Shown here piece by piece: positions 1 through 13,740 of a stretch of DNA of 64,000 bases. The translations under genes were made by a program, and so were the position numbers. The stretch is from Octopus sinensis (taxonomy: Eukaryota). Under the pieces are notes generated by a model that made no database searches, was not told the origin of the DNA, and saw only the letters and a list, made by a program, of their open reading frames with translations. Location: contig NC_043000.1 in the NCBI RefSeq assembly GCF_006345805.1, positions 92,194,001 to 92,258,000 on the forward strand, read 5' to 3'. The first letter of the stretch is position 1. Each line of letters begins with the position of its first letter.

Positions 1-769
1 GTCTGTCTATCAATCCATTTATCCATCTATCTATTTATCTGTCTGTCTGCCTTTCTTATATTCATTCTTTCTGTGTACCTACTTGTCAACTTACCTAATA
101 AGTTCTATCATTACATTTTCATCTACATATACACATACATATATATTTGTGAGTGTTTGTATATATGTATATATATATGTGTGTGTATATATATATATAT
201 AGATAGATAGATAAATATTCATTGAAGATAATGAAGTAACTTGGAGTAAGTTATGAAACAGCTGTAACCCCTATTGAAATATTATAATTCTTTGTGTCTC
301 ACACCTCCTTGGAATTTTGCTTATCATATACTCAATGATTTTCGTTTATCATATGCTCCACAATATTATATACTCTACAATGTTTATGTTTGTGTATTTC
401 AGATTTTCAGTTACATCATCCTGTTACATTATGTTGGAATTTAAGCACCTTCATGACATGATAACCATGTTATCAGCTGGAGAACTTACTGTGGGCACTA
501 ACTGATTTTTAAAAAAATCCAAATTTCTAACTATATAACCAAACTCACACTACAGATTGGCTAATAAAGCAATGCTATCCTGTGCATGCAAAGCAATGTT
601 TCAAATTCACACACACCAAAAACAGAGAAGCCAGCTCACAACACCATTTCTTCCAAGATTTCCTGAAGAAGAAGCTCTAATATTGCTATATAAGATAAAA
701 GTGCAAATCATCAGCTTGCACTGTTTCTTATAACTTGCATTGTTTTGGCTAATAAAATGTACAACCATT

Positions 770-786
770 TATATATATATATATAT

Positions 787-841
<55 letters not shown>

Positions 842-1010
842 ATATATATATATATGTATATATGTATGTGTGTATATATATATATATATGTATATGTGTG
901 TGTGTGTATATATATATATAATATGTATATAAATATATATATATGTATGTATGTATATGTGTGTGTGTGTGTGTATATATATAATAATATATATATATAT
1001 ATATATATAT
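770..1010. repeat. (TA)n/(TG)n compound microsatellite, representative of dozens in the window
   Basis: Dinucleotide runs are directly visible and produce the YIYI/HTHT ORFs. Confidence 0.95.
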
Positions 1011-1286
1011 GTAGAGGCACAATGGCCCAGTAGTTAGGGCAGCAGACTCACAGTAATAGGATCACGGTTTCGATTCCCAGTCCGGGTGTAGTGAGTGTTT
1101 ATTGAGCGAAAACACCTAAAGCTCCACGAGACTCTTTTGCCACAAATTTCTCTCACTCTTTTTTCTGTTGGCCTGCTCACTTAGCCAGTGAGGTGATGTC
1201 ATTTCAAGACTAAAACAATGCAAAGTGCATTGTGACCAGCGATGTGTAGCAAACATCTGATAGCCTGGTCAGTCACAGTGATCATG

Positions 1287-1290
<4 letters not shown>
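1011..1290 (+). mobile_element. tRNA-derived SINE, family A
   Basis: tRNA-like head GGCACAATGGCCCAGTAGTTAGGGC...GGTTTCGATTCC with A- and B-box-like motifs; homologous heads at 13282-13669 and 17441-17750 on the minus strand. Confidence 0.8.
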
Positions 1291-1344
<54 letters not shown>

Positions 1345-1534
1345 CATAGATACATACATGCATATGCATATTTTTAATTAATTGGCTAATTTAAAAAATT
1401 TTTCAACAAGCTAAGTAATTCTGGCACCAGCATCTTTGCTGGCATTGTCAATCAATATATCACTGATGTGGAGGTGAATCACTGCTGTTTCTAGCAGTTG
1501 TGTGTTCATCATTGATAAGACAAAACAAGTTTGA

Positions 1535-1712
1535 TATCATATGATCTGGTGGTCTCAGCATGTGATATAAATGAGAGCACATTTTGCACCAAATGCCAAT
1601 ATAAGAGCTTCTCCCATGACAACTACTACAGTATAGTTTGTACTAATAGAACATCCACGTTTAAGTGGGGATAAATATTAACTCTCGATATTAATATTAC
1701 CACTGTTGCTAA
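1535..1712. repeat. Unclassified interspersed repeat (second copy at ~30133-30326)
   Basis: Both copies share ATGATCTGGTGGT...ACATTTTGCAC...ACAGTATAGTTTGT...GATAAATATTA...CTGTTGCTAA. Confidence 0.7.
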
Positions 1713-1751
1713 CACACACACGCATGTGTGCACATGCATGCACGCACGTGC

Positions 1752-1790
<39 letters not shown>

Positions 1791-1928
1791 TATATGGCTT
1801 GATTTTTGTATCTAGGTCCAAGTTTATATTTCCATCCTGCAACTTAATAGTTTGACAAGCAGAGGTTGATAAAATAATACCAGATTATTAAATAAGGATT
1901 GGGGTTGATGTGTATATACATAAATACA

Positions 1929-1999
<71 letters not shown>

Positions 2000-3311
2000 T
2001 TGTCTATCTGTGGAATAATTAATCTATCTATTTCTCTCTCTGTCTACCTATATAGCAATCTATCTATCTGTCTGAATCTCTAGTTGTTCATCATCTATCT
2101 ACTTGTACACAGAAAACGTGCAACTATGCTCTTTTTTAATATAAACAAATCCACACAAATGGATTTATGATTTATATTTTCCCTTATTCTTTCAGTCTAC
2201 AATCATGGATTTTTTTCTTATTGCATTTTTTAAATCTACGTATATTTTTTCCCCAATTTAATTTTTCTTGTTTATCCTTGAAATATAACTTACATAAAAG
2301 CATCAATACATCTTTAAATAAATTTACCTTCCATTTAAGAAGGTCGTTCATAAAAATGGTGTAAGACTTGGCAACATGGTTAAGAATTTAGATTTGCAAT
2401 CACATATATTATTGGTTTGTAGGAACCCAGTATACAGCAACTCATGCAACTGTCTTTAGCCACAGACTCAGGCCAACTCAAGCTTTACTAAATTTAGTTG
2501 TTCCATGGCACAAATACACATACACATACCACACACACACACACGCACACACACACACACATACACACACGCACACACACACACACATACATATATATAC
2601 AGCATGCTTCTTTCAGTATCTTTTACTAAATCCACTCACAATGCTTGGATTGGTTGAAGATACTTGCTCAAGGTGTCATGCAGTGATTCTGAACTTGAAA
2701 CCATTGGTTGGTAGACAAACATCTTCACGATGCAGCCATAACTCAGTGTGTGTGTGTGTGTGTGTGCACGCGTGCATATGTGTGTATGTTTGAATGCATA
2801 TGCATGATAGTAATCAACGTGTATCACTGTCATACAAACATTGTCATTAACTTCCAATGTTCACTGTAAACATGCCTGGACATGGGGAAATATTAACTTT
2901 CTTGGAAACAGGTGATGGTTAGCAACAGGAAGAGCATCCACTCAGAAAATCTGCCCCAATAAATTCTGTCTGATCCATGCAAGCATGAAAAAGTGGATGT
3001 TAAAACGATGATAATGGTAGTGATGACAATTACGACATTGACAGTTACCATAATGAATGTGGCGATGGCAAGGGCAACAGAGGTGGCGATGGTGACAGAG
3101 GTGGTGACAGGGAGAATGTTGATGACAATGAATATATAATAAAGTATCTTTAAAAGAATCTTAGACATTAATTAACTGTTTACTTTACGGATCATTACCA
3201 TTAAATGTTATTTGTTTCTTAACAACTGCTGCAGATTCTCGCAGAAGTTGCTAGTCTGAAGGAAATGGAGGAAGCACAAAGATCATATACAAGCTTCTTA
3301 TTCTTTACAGT

Positions 3312-3705
3312 GAAAGAGAGAGTGAGAGAGAGAGGGAAAGGGAGAGAGGGAGAGAAAGGGAGAGAGGAGAGGGAGAGCTAGATAGAAGCAGAGAGGGAGA
3401 GAGACAGACACAGAGAATGAGAGTTGAGAGGGAGAGAGAGAAGGAGAGAAAGAGAGAGAAGGAGAGAAAGAGAGATAAGGGAGACAGAGAGAAGGGGAGA
3501 GAGAGAGGGAGAGAAAAGGAGAGAGCAGGAAAGAGGGAGGAGAGAAGGGGAGAAAGAAGGAGAGAGAGGGGAAGAGGGAGAGAAAGAGAGAAAGGGAGAG
3601 AGAAGGAGAGAGAGGGAGAAAGAGAGAGATGGAGAGAGAGAGAATCAGACAAGACAGAGACAAAGTTACAGAAAGTGACAGAGAGAGAGAGACAGAAAGA
3701 TGTGA
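3312..3705. repeat. GA-rich polypurine low-complexity tract
   Basis: Degenerate (GA)n seen directly. Confidence 0.9.
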
Positions 3706-3997
3706 GATAAAGTTGACAAAGACCTGCTGAATCTGTTTTATCAGACGTTTTAAATCAGCAGTCTTTGGTAATTCCATTGCTTATCTGATCTGGCAGGTAA
3801 AAGACTGGACAATAAAATAATTGGAATCATGCTGATTTGAAGAGAGAAGGAAAACTGTTGCAGTATCTGATTATTCTGAAGTTGGTAATTTAGTTTAAAT
3901 TTAGATTTATTTCAAATATATTTTCATTAACTGCTCTCTAAAGGTTTCATGCTAAATAAAAGAACTTATCATTATCATTATTATTATTAACATATTA

Positions 3998-4354
3998 CTA
4001 GCAGTATCGCCCAGTGTTGCTTGGGTTTGTTTTGACCCTTTAAAATTGGAATTTTTGAAAAGTAAAAATTTTGCATTTTGTAGCTTGCTATTCTCTTTAA
4101 GTGAACATTTTTCTGGTTGAAATACACCAAAAAATGGCGACACAGCAGTAAGAAAATCGTAAAAAATAGGGATTTTCATCGAAAATAAGCACCTTTTTGA
4201 TGTAAATAATTTTTGGTCTTAACATGGTCCAATTTGAATTTTATCATACTCTCAATTTTGGTCAACTAGTGCCGCAGGGTCTCAGAGGAGATAGTGTTAG
4301 TTGAAGGTTACCAAACCTGCTGCACACAGACTACTTCAGCTTAATATATATAGA
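3998..4354 (-). mobile_element. Non-autonomous Helitron
   Basis: On the minus strand: A|TCTATATATATT 5' end, subterminal hairpin CCCAAGCAACACTGGG and CTAG|T 3' end, no TSD. Confidence 0.75.
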
Positions 4355-4372
4355 TTAATAATCTTATTTGTA

Positions 4373-5020
4373 AGGTGGTGAGCTATAAGAAACTTTAGCG
4401 CGCTGGGTGAAATGCTTAGCGGTATTTTGTCTCTCTTTACATTCTGAGTCCAAATTTCGCTGAGGTCGAAACTGCCTTTCATCCTTGCGGGGTGGAGGGG
4501 GTCGATAAATTAAGTTGCCTACTGGGATCGATCTAGTCGACTGGCCTCCTCCCCAAACATTTCAGGCCTTGTGCCTAGAGTAGAAAAGATTATTATTATT
4601 AGTGGCAATCTGGCACAATCAGTAGCATGCCTGACAACATGCTTAGCAATATATTGTCTCCTTTTACATTCTGAGTTCAAATTCTGTTAAGGCCAACTTG
4701 GTCTTTTAATTCTTTTGAGGTCAATAAAATAAGTATCAATCAAGTACTGGGGTCAATGCAATCAAGTTGTCTCCTCCCTCAAAATTTCAGACCTTGTGCC
4801 TATAGTAGAAGCACTTACTATCATTATTAAAATGCTGGAGTAGCAGAATTGTGAGCGAGTAGGTGACATTTCTTCTGGCTCTTTATGCTCTGATTTTGAG
4901 TCCTGCTGAGGTCAACTTAATCATTCTGTGGCCTATAAAATAAAGTAAAAGACTGGGGCCAACAGTAACCCTTAAACCTTTCTCTTAATGTTGCTGGCTT
5001 TGTGCCTAAATTTGAAACTA
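4373..5020 (+). mobile_element. Three head-to-tail copies of SINE family B separated by ATT-rich tails
   Basis: Repeated TTCTGAGT(T/C)CAAATT...GAGGTC...CCTTTCATCC...CTTGTGCCTA modules starting at ~4373, ~4600 and ~4835. Confidence 0.75.
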
Positions 5021-5076
5021 TTATTATTACACTAGTGTATGTCTCCTCAAATCTCAAGAATTTTTCTTAAGATTCT

Positions 5077-5372
5077 AGGAGTGGTGGTGTGGTAAGTAAC
5101 TTACTTACCAAACACATAGTTCTGGGTTCAGTCTTCTGCATAGCACTATACTATAACCTCGGGCTGACCAAAGCTTTGTGTGTGTCTGTGTTTGTTCCCC
5201 CCAAAATCACTTGACAAACGATGCTGGTGTGTTTACGTCCCCATAACTTAGTGGTTCGGCAAAAAGAGTACTAGGCTTACAAAGAATAAGTCCTGGGGTT
5301 GATTTCCTCGATGAAAGGCGGTGCTCCAGCATGGCAACAGTCAAATGACTGAAACAAGTAAAAGAGTAAAAA
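5077..5372 (+). mobile_element. SINE family C, internally deleted copy
   Basis: Matches the full copy at 58138-58563 (head AGGAGTGG.TGTGTGGTAAG; tail CAGTCAAATGACTGAAACAAGTAAAAGAG). Confidence 0.85.
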
Positions 5373-5444
5373 GTATAGGATGTACTTTTCTGGAGGTTGA
5401 CAATGTGTTTCGATCCCACTTTCTTTCAGTCTTTTAGATAGCAC

Positions 5445-5950
5445 TTAGGGTGTTGTGCCTAGTGTACCTATTACTACAGGAATAATCATTGTCTTGATCT
5501 TCCACAGGCTCATCAACTCTCTGGCTAGTTCCTGGTATTTCTCAGGTTTTTCAATTCCTTTGGTATCAACTCTGCCATCATATTGGATTGCAGCATCTTT
5601 GAACATACACTGTTTGTTTATTTTGTCCTCTATAATCATGTTTGATATCCTTGCCACAACAGTATGGGCTGTCTTTATGGTGATGTCCCACAAAATCCAG
5701 TAATTCCCTTTTTCTGTCACAACCTCTGGTTGGTGATCATATCACTTTTCTGTTGTTTTGAAGCCACATACTTGACTAACATCCAATTACACTCTTTTGC
5801 GTACACAGTCATGTCTGCACTTATACTCCTTTTGTGCTAGTGTACTGCAATCATTCAAAATGTGATTGATGCTTTTGTCTCCTTTCCTGCAAATTCTACA
5901 TTCGTTGTTTGACTAAGTTTTGTCAATCTTTGCCTTTAGCAGATTTGTTC
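5445..5950 (-). mobile_element. R4/Dong-type non-LTR retrotransposon remnant (CCHC finger and restriction-like endonuclease)
   Basis: Minus-strand translation with stops and frameshifts: CRICRK..SINHILNDC..LAQKEYK.RHD, ILWD, KYQELAREL..LW..IIPVVIGTLG. Confidence 0.85.
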
Positions 5951-5964
5951 CTGAGCAGCAAGTG

Positions 5965-6220
5965 CCACCTGACTTGCTCCCATGCTGGTGGCACATAAAA
6001 AGCACCATTCAAGCATGGTCAATGCCAGTACCACCAGACCGGCCCTCGTACCAGTCACACATAAAATCACCCACTACACTCTGAGTGATTGGTGTCAGAA
6101 AGGGCATCCAGCAGTAGAAACCTTGCCAGCTCAGATTGGAGCCTGGTGCAGCCTTCTGGCTTGCCAGTCCTCAGTCAAACCATCCAGTATGGAAAGCAGA
6201 CATTAAACGATAATGATGAT
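5965..6220 (+). mobile_element. RTE 3'-UTR-like repeat (family D)
   Basis: GGTGGCACATAAAAAGCACC unit, AAGGGCATCCAGC motif and (GAT)n tail; same sequence as the 3' end of the RTE at 54057-55625. Confidence 0.75.
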
Positions 6221-7486
6221 GTTTCCCATTTCAAGCTCCCATCTATTGACCAAAGTCAGTGGGCTTCACTTCCAACATTTTTCATTTGTTTCATGAATTG
6301 GCCATGCAGTTTTATTTCTTTCCATTTGTTCATTCTGTTGTTTTACCTTTTCTCTTTGAATTCTTCTACTGTTTTAGTCATCTTTTGAGTATCTCGTTTC
6401 TTTTTTGTTTTTTTTTTGTATCTCTGGCTGCCAAAAACATTCTATTTTTACTCTGTAAATATTCTGCTCAGTACCACATATTTGCTTGTCTATTGCTTGA
6501 CCGTAACCAGTTGAGCATGTCCCTAAAAGGATAATGATATGTGCATTACTGACTATGAGCAGAAGTGGTAGATAAATTCAGAAAGAACTGAGGTAGAATT
6601 TAACAAAGAACAAAGAAAGCTGTAAAAGAATGCTGCAAGGAATCTGATCTGAGCATCTTACATCATTGTTCTAGCATCCATTTTCCCTAGCACACATGGG
6701 TCAAACAGAGTTTATTGAAGCTGATTTTTGCTATGGCTGGATTTCAATTATGTTTCCTTACCTCTTACCTGTTTCCAAGTAAGGTTATATTTCCCCATGG
6801 CCAGACATGTTTTTGCAGTACAATGGAAATGAACAACACTGATTGCATGATGGTGATAATCATTTTCAACTTCCACATGATGCTACAAAAGACAAACAGA
6901 AACACATACACTCACATACAAGCACATATGAATACACATATACACACATATGCACATATATATTTGATGGACTCCTTTCAGTTCTCATTTAACAAATCCA
7001 CTCACAATGCTTTGGTTGGTTCAGGGCTCCTGTAAAAGACGCTTGCTCAAAGTACCACACACTAGGACTGAACCCCAAACCACACAGTCATCATATAAAC
7101 AAATTAGACACATCAAATGTTAAATATATTAAATAAATCACATACAAAATATGTATATATGTATATATGCAGAACGAGAGAAAGCAAAAGGTGGAAACTT
7201 TCATATCTCTTTTACTCTTTTACTTGTTTCAGTCATTTGACTTTGGCCATGCTGGAGCACCGCTATTGAAGAGGTAGCAAAACAATGAAAATTTTAGAAA
7301 AAAATTGATAAGTAAATGAGTGGAAATCAAACCAGTGTTAAGTAATAAGGCACAATCAAACCAGTGTTAAGTAATAAGGCACAAAAAGAGAATGACTCCC
7401 CAGACACAATAATATATGTATATATATATATATATGTATATCAAAAATTCTATTATCAGTTAGCAAAATTCATATATATATATATA

Positions 7487-8521
7487 TCTTTATATATATA
7501 AAACTGAGAATGTGTGTCTGTCTGTCTGTCTGTCTGTGTGTTTCTCTAAAACTTGAGAACTACACAACCAATTTCATTCAAATTTTACACATGCCTTGCT
7601 TGGGGTCCAAGTAGTTTCATGGGCAAAAAAAATGTTCAACTTCTTGCCTAGAGCGAGCCCATAGCAATATCATATCTTCTCCACTATTTCAGTATTACAT
7701 GTTAAAAGTGAAACAAAAACATTTCTCTATTTTATGTCAGATACTTTCACTTTAACAATAAAAATAATAATAACAATTGAATTATATGTAGTAAGTAATA
7801 ATTAAAATCAAACTAAAGTATAATATAATCGTAACATAACAAAAGTAAAAATAGCAATTGGTATAAAATTGCATCAATGACTTGAACTTGAATAAGTGGT
7901 TTCACATGAATGGGAATAAATTAAAAATAAAATTAGCGTGCAGAAATGGAATAGTCCAGATGGATAATAAAAAATTAAATTAAAGAAAAGACTATTGTCT
8001 ATAAAGTATACAATGTAGAGAAAAAATAAGATTTGAACGCATGGAGGAAAGCACCATCGAAAAGTGTCTTGGTGCAACTATGAAAGATATCTAATCAGAG
8101 GCGGTAAATTCGCCACAATAGAAGCAAGGTTCGAGTCAACGGAGCGTGCAAGGGAGTACTCGACTCGAACTTGCAAAGTGGAAATATTTTATTTTTACCT
8201 TTATATCTGGAACGTAGGACGTCCCGGAAAAAAATTTTAAATGCCCCCCACCCCCAGAAGTAGAGTTAGGCTGGATTGTAGCCATACTTCTATACAAGAA
8301 GGAGGATAAGATACAATTGATCGAAATTACAAGAGACGGGCTAACAATTCCAGTCTGTTATATATTTTGAGTATTGTTATCACTAGCGATATCAAGATGT
8401 AACTTTGTATTTTATGTGTAGATGTATATATATAGATGTACATGTAATATGTACACATATATATACACATATATACATGCACTAGCACTATGACCCGGCA
8501 ACGATGGGTCTTTAATGCTAG
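7487..8521 (+). mobile_element. Non-autonomous Helitron, ~1.03 kb
   Basis: A|TCTTTATATATATAAAA start followed by (CTGT)n; 3' hairpin GACCCGGCAACGATGGGTC then CTAG|T. Confidence 0.8.
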
Positions 8522-8648
8522 TATATATATATATATATATCTATATAGCTCTTCATCAGAAATATAGAAAAAGTCCAAAGAAGGGAAGACGGAGAAAGAA
8601 AATCACCAACGATATATGTATATATATATATATATGTGTGTGTGTATG

Positions 8649-8679
<31 letters not shown>

Positions 8680-10288
8680 GTGTATGTATATATACATACG
8701 TACATACACACATATATATATGTATGTATGTATATGTATATATACATACGTACATACACATATATATATGTATGTATGTATATATGTATGTGCAAGTGTG
8801 TGCGTGTGTATACACGACAGGCTTCTTTCAGTTTCTACCTAATAGCAAATTCACTCACAAGGCTTTGGTGGCCTAGAGCTATAGTAGAAGACACATGCTC
8901 AAGGTGTCACACAGTGGGATTGTACATGGAACCATGAAGCTGCGAAGCAAAATTCTGAGCTACACAACCACTCAACAGGTTCAGTAACAATTTAACCGAC
9001 TCAAAAAGATGAAAGGCAAAGTTGACCCTTGTAGGATTTGAGCTCAGTGCACAGATATTCAGAGCAAATAGTACAAGGCATTCAATATGCTGCTCTAACA
9101 ACTATGCCAATTCATGTTTGGGTTGTATTAGACCTTGAAGCTGACCCCAAGTGGAATTTGATCTTAGGATCAAAGTGGCACGAGACTTAAATACTATAAT
9201 ATATTTATCACCCAGCACTTGGCTCTATACGCCGTTTTTAAAACTGCCCTTTCACTGTTACAATACATTAACAAAAACAAAAGGAATCAATCCACAGTCT
9301 CAAGAAAGTCGTTCGATGCCAAATTCTTCAATATAACCATTTTCAATGAAAATCATTAACAACAAGACAAAAAGAAAAATGGAAAAAACCCCACAAAAAA
9401 CTAAACTGTAAGTGAGAAAATGTGTGTGCATGGATGTATTTGTGTGTGTTTGTGCATGCACATGAAGGTTTCTTCTCTTTTTTTTACTTTCGTAAAGTTA
9501 TCCTTCATTTATATTTGTTGTTGTCAGCAAATAACAAACACAGATTTTTTTCATTTTTTTTTTTGGAATTTAAAAAATTTTTTCTATTTTTTTTCTTTTT
9601 ACCTTATTCAAAATTTTTTTTTATTATTTATTTATTTGTTTATTTTTTACCCTTTCTTATTTGGAATTTGGCCAGAGGTTTAATTACAAACACCGTTATG
9701 TCTGTGTATCTGCAGTGTGCTTATGGGAGTTTTGGTTTGTGTACGTCTATCTATGTTGTGTGTTAGTCATCTATGTATGTATTTGGGATTTGGGAGAAAT
9801 ACGTGTGTGTGTGTGTGTTTGCTGTGTGTTTGCTGTGTGCATGTGTATGTCTTTGTGCTTTTATGTATGTATCCAAATTCAGAGTAGCATATATGTGTAT
9901 GTGTGTATGTGTAAGGTGTTCAGTCTGGATATACACAGACAGAGAAACAGCAAGAAAGAGAGAGACAGACAGTCAGACACAGACAGAGAAGGAGAATGAG
10001 AAAGAAGGGATAGAATGCAAGATATGGATAAATTGGCCTCTTCAAGCAATGGAATAGATTCCAATAAAATAAAGTAGAAATGCATTGATTTTCATTTATT
10101 TCTGTCGTTTTTTCCCTCCATTTTTCAATTACAAAAATAAGCTTAAATAACGAATATATTCACAAAATAAAAAAACTTACTAAAGATCAAAATTACAAAT
10201 ACTAGTGAAACACAGATACTAGCATGCACACATTCATGTATACACATACCTATACACACACACACACACACCTATACATATACCTATG

Positions 10289-10338
<50 letters not shown>

Positions 10339-10675
10339 AATATCTATATCTATCTATTTACATTCACACACATAGACAGATAGATATATGCAATCTTTTA
10401 TTTGTTTGCCATTTGACTGCGGCCATGCTGGAGCACTGCTTTTTAGTCAAAGAAACCGCCCCCAGGACTTATTATTTGTAAGCTTAGAACTTATTCTATT
10501 GTTCTCCTTTGCTGAACCACTAAGTTACAGGGATGGGATGTAAACATACCAGCATCAGTTGTCAAGCAATGGTGGGAGGACAAACACAGACACACAAACA
10601 TAAACATATATATACATGATTGACTGCTGGCCACTAAAGCTTTTTTATTCTCTCTCTGTTTATTTTCTCATGATC

Positions 10676-10711
10676 CTTTCTGTTGAAGAGCTTAGGCTTG
10701 AAGCATAAAAG
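10676..10711 (+). ncRNA. Degenerate minimal hammerhead ribozyme motif
   Basis: cttt-CTGTTGA-a-GAGC-ttag-GCTT-GAAG-ca-TA-aaag: stems I and II are present, but the core has substitutions. Confidence 0.35.
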
Positions 10712-10899
10712 ACTTTCTCACCTTCCCAAGCATTAAACTAATACACCTGTTTGTTGTGTACACATGTGTATTCATCTTGTTTTCTGTAAATTCTAACTAT
10801 ATATATATATATATAATGATATATTATGTTAGTAAATTAATATATTATGATATATTAAATACATTATAATATAGGTGGCTATAGCAATTCAAACCAAAA

Positions 10900-11870
10900 A
10901 GTCAAAATTCATAAAGAAAAGTGCAAAATAGCACCTGCAGCTTTTAGAAATGGGAGCATATACATATAACAAAAAAGTCTCTCATACAATACAAAATCCA
11001 GGAAATATTGCACATCTGCAACAGAAGTTGGATACAATACACAGGTCGGCTGAGGACAACAACATGTAGTTTAATGCAGGAAAATTCCAAGCCCTGCACT
11101 ACCAGTACACAAAGCTCAACGACATGCAAACAGGATACGCTGGCATAGGAGGAACTGCAATCGCTGAACCAAAATCAGTGCATGACTTGGGCATTGGCAT
11201 GCGCAATGATGCATCTTTCCAGATGCATATTAATTTGATAATAAAATGCATACAGCTAGCTGGATGGATTCTCCAAACTTTCAAAGTGAGAGAAAATGAG
11301 ACAATGATGGTCCTTTGGATGGCATATATCCTCAGCCACTTGGACTACTGGTCCCAACTATGGTCACCACACAATACAAAATTAATGGCAGAACTCGAAG
11401 TGATCCAATGAAGCTACACAAAGAAAATCATCTCAATACAACATACCAGCTACTGGAAAAGACTGAAAGAGTTAAAACTCTTCTCCCTAGAAAAAAGGGA
11501 GGAAAATATGCAGTGATATACATTGGGAAAATCTTGGAAGGCCTTGTACCAAATTTTGGCACTGAAAGTTACGCAAACAGCAGAACAGGGCACCATTGCA
11601 TAACGCCAAAGATCACAGCATCACCATCAAAATACAGGACTAGATACTACAACACCTTTGGTTTCAGGGTCCCACAGCTCTTCAATATCCTTCCAAAATG
11701 CCTGAGAGACCTGCATGGTGTTGATGTAAGTGTCTTCAAAACAAAACTGGATCTCCTCCTGTCAAGGATTGCAGCTGAGCCTACTTCATAGGAAACATAG
11801 ATGAGGGCAGTAACATCAAACTCCCTCATTCATAAAATGCTACATATCAGAGGAGGTTTCAAATAATAGC
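10900..11870 (+). mobile_element. Decayed 3' part of a CR1-group LINE ORF2
   Basis: FNAGKFQAL, KSVHDLGI, AGWILQTF, LDYWSQLWSP, FKTKLDLLL motifs across frameshifts. Confidence 0.85.
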
Positions 11871-12742
11871 ATAGTACAGCCAATATGTGTGTGTGTGTGT
11901 GTGATATGTTCCAAGTGTCAAGCTGGCAGAATTGTTAGCAGAAAATGTGAACCATCATTTCGTCCATCTTTATGTTCTGAGTTCAAATTCTGCTGTGGTC
12001 TACTTTGCCTTTCATCCTTTAGGGTTGATAGATATGTACCAGTCAATGTAATAACCAACTAGCCCTTTCCTTAGCAAATTTCAGACATTATGTGTCTTGT
12101 AGAAAAAAAGAATGGTAACTAATATATTCCATACAGACCTGCGATGCACATCATATGAGCCAAGGAATGTGTTATTTAAAGGAGTCTTTGGCTTGCTAGA
12201 AATAACAGCTAATTCTTTATTGTAATGTCTTCAGACAGGACATTACATAATTTTGTCCCAAGTACAATATTTCCAAAAACAAAAAAGTCAACAAAAATAA
12301 TAATAAAAATAAAAAAATGTACATGATATAACTGTCTTTAGCAAGCTCAATAAACGTTGACTTGGGGTTAAATAATATGAACAAATGATATTAAAGTTGT
12401 CATTCTCATTCATTATGGGCTGGCTTGCTTCGTTGATTTATTTTTTTAAAAAATCTCAACAAGTACTTGTTATTCTGTGAATTATAAATCTTTGCTTCAT
12501 CAGTCAATCATATCAGTCATGTATAAAACAGGTTAATCTATTGTGTCATCACAATGCTAATCTCTAACCTTTGCGACATTATGTAACTATAATGTTTTTA
12601 TAAGTAGTATTTTCTATTCAATTATTCATGCATTGAATACATACATCCAAACATAAATCCATCAATACACACACAGGGGAGAGAGAGGAGGAGAGAGAGA
12701 AAGAGAAGGAGTGGGAGATAGACAGTGAGATAGATATGTACA

Positions 12743-12888
12743 TTCATCATCATCATCATTTAACGTCCATTATCCATGCTAGCACGGGTTGGACGGTTTG
12801 ACCAGGGTCTGGGAAGCCAGGGGGCTGCACCAGGCTCCAGTCTGATCTGGCAGTGTTTCTACAGCTGGATGCCCTTCCTAACGCCAAC
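12743..12888 (-). mobile_element. Family D (RTE tail) fragment
   Basis: (CAT)n then TTAACGTCC...CCATGCTAGC...GGATGCCCTTCCTAACGCCAAC. Confidence 0.8.
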
Positions 12889-12889
12889 A

Positions 12890-12938
<49 letters not shown>

Positions 12939-13281
12939 GTGGGGTGGCTGTGTAGTAAGAAGCTTGGTTCCCAACAACTTCGTTCTAAGTTCAGTCCTTG
13001 GACAAGTGTCTTCTACTACAGCCCCAAGCTGGCTAACCAGGTGTGGGTTCTACACCTCCCTTTTCTATTTGTCTGCTGGAATTCTATATCTTTGAGTAGT
13101 CTAGCTGACCAATCAAGTTTTGATGTGCTTTTAACTATTCATATTTCAATATTTTTGTGAAAACTTTTGTTCATACATTTTCATGTTGCTTCCAGATACA
13201 CACATTTGAGCATTTGGAATGTTAGAATTCAGAATTTCGATTCAAGATTCTTCAGATGTTAATGAAATGTGTGCATGTACA

Positions 13282-13669
13282 TTGTTGTTGGCATTCCATC
13301 GCTTACGACGACAAGGGTTCCAGTTGATCTGATCAACAGAACAACCTGCTCATGAAATTAACATGCAAGTGGCTGAGTACTCCACAGAGTCATGTACCCT
13401 TAACGTAGTTCTCGGGGATATTCAGCGTGACAGAGAGTGTGACAAGGCTAGCCCTTTGAATTACAGGCTCAACAGAAACAGGAATAAAGAGTGAGAGAAA
13501 GTTGTGGTGAAAGAGTACAGCAGGGTTTGCCACCATCCCCTGCCAGAGCCTCATGGAACTTCAGGTGTTTTCACTCAATAAGCACTCACAACACCCGGTC
13601 TGGGAATTGAAACCGCGCTCCTATGACTGCAAGTCCGCTGCCCTAACCTCTGGGCCATTGCGCCTCCAC
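13282..13669 (-). mobile_element. SINE family A, long copy with (CAA)n tail
   Basis: Reverse complement of the tRNA head GGAGGCGCAATGGCCCAG..GGTTAGGGCAGCGGAC...GGTTTCAATTCCC. Confidence 0.8.
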
Positions 13670-13694
13670 ATGTATATATATATATACATGTGTA

Positions 13695-13740
<46 letters not shown>

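Noticed and set aside
740-1033. [12 protein letters not shown] ORFs here and throughout the window
   Set aside because: They are translations of dinucleotide microsatellites that happen to lack stop codons.
1015-1090. tRNA gene
   Set aside because: It continues into a SINE body shared with other copies, and I see no proper acceptor stem.
13215-13260. Hammerhead-like CTGAAGA..GAAA on the minus strand
   Set aside because: Stems I and II do not pair.
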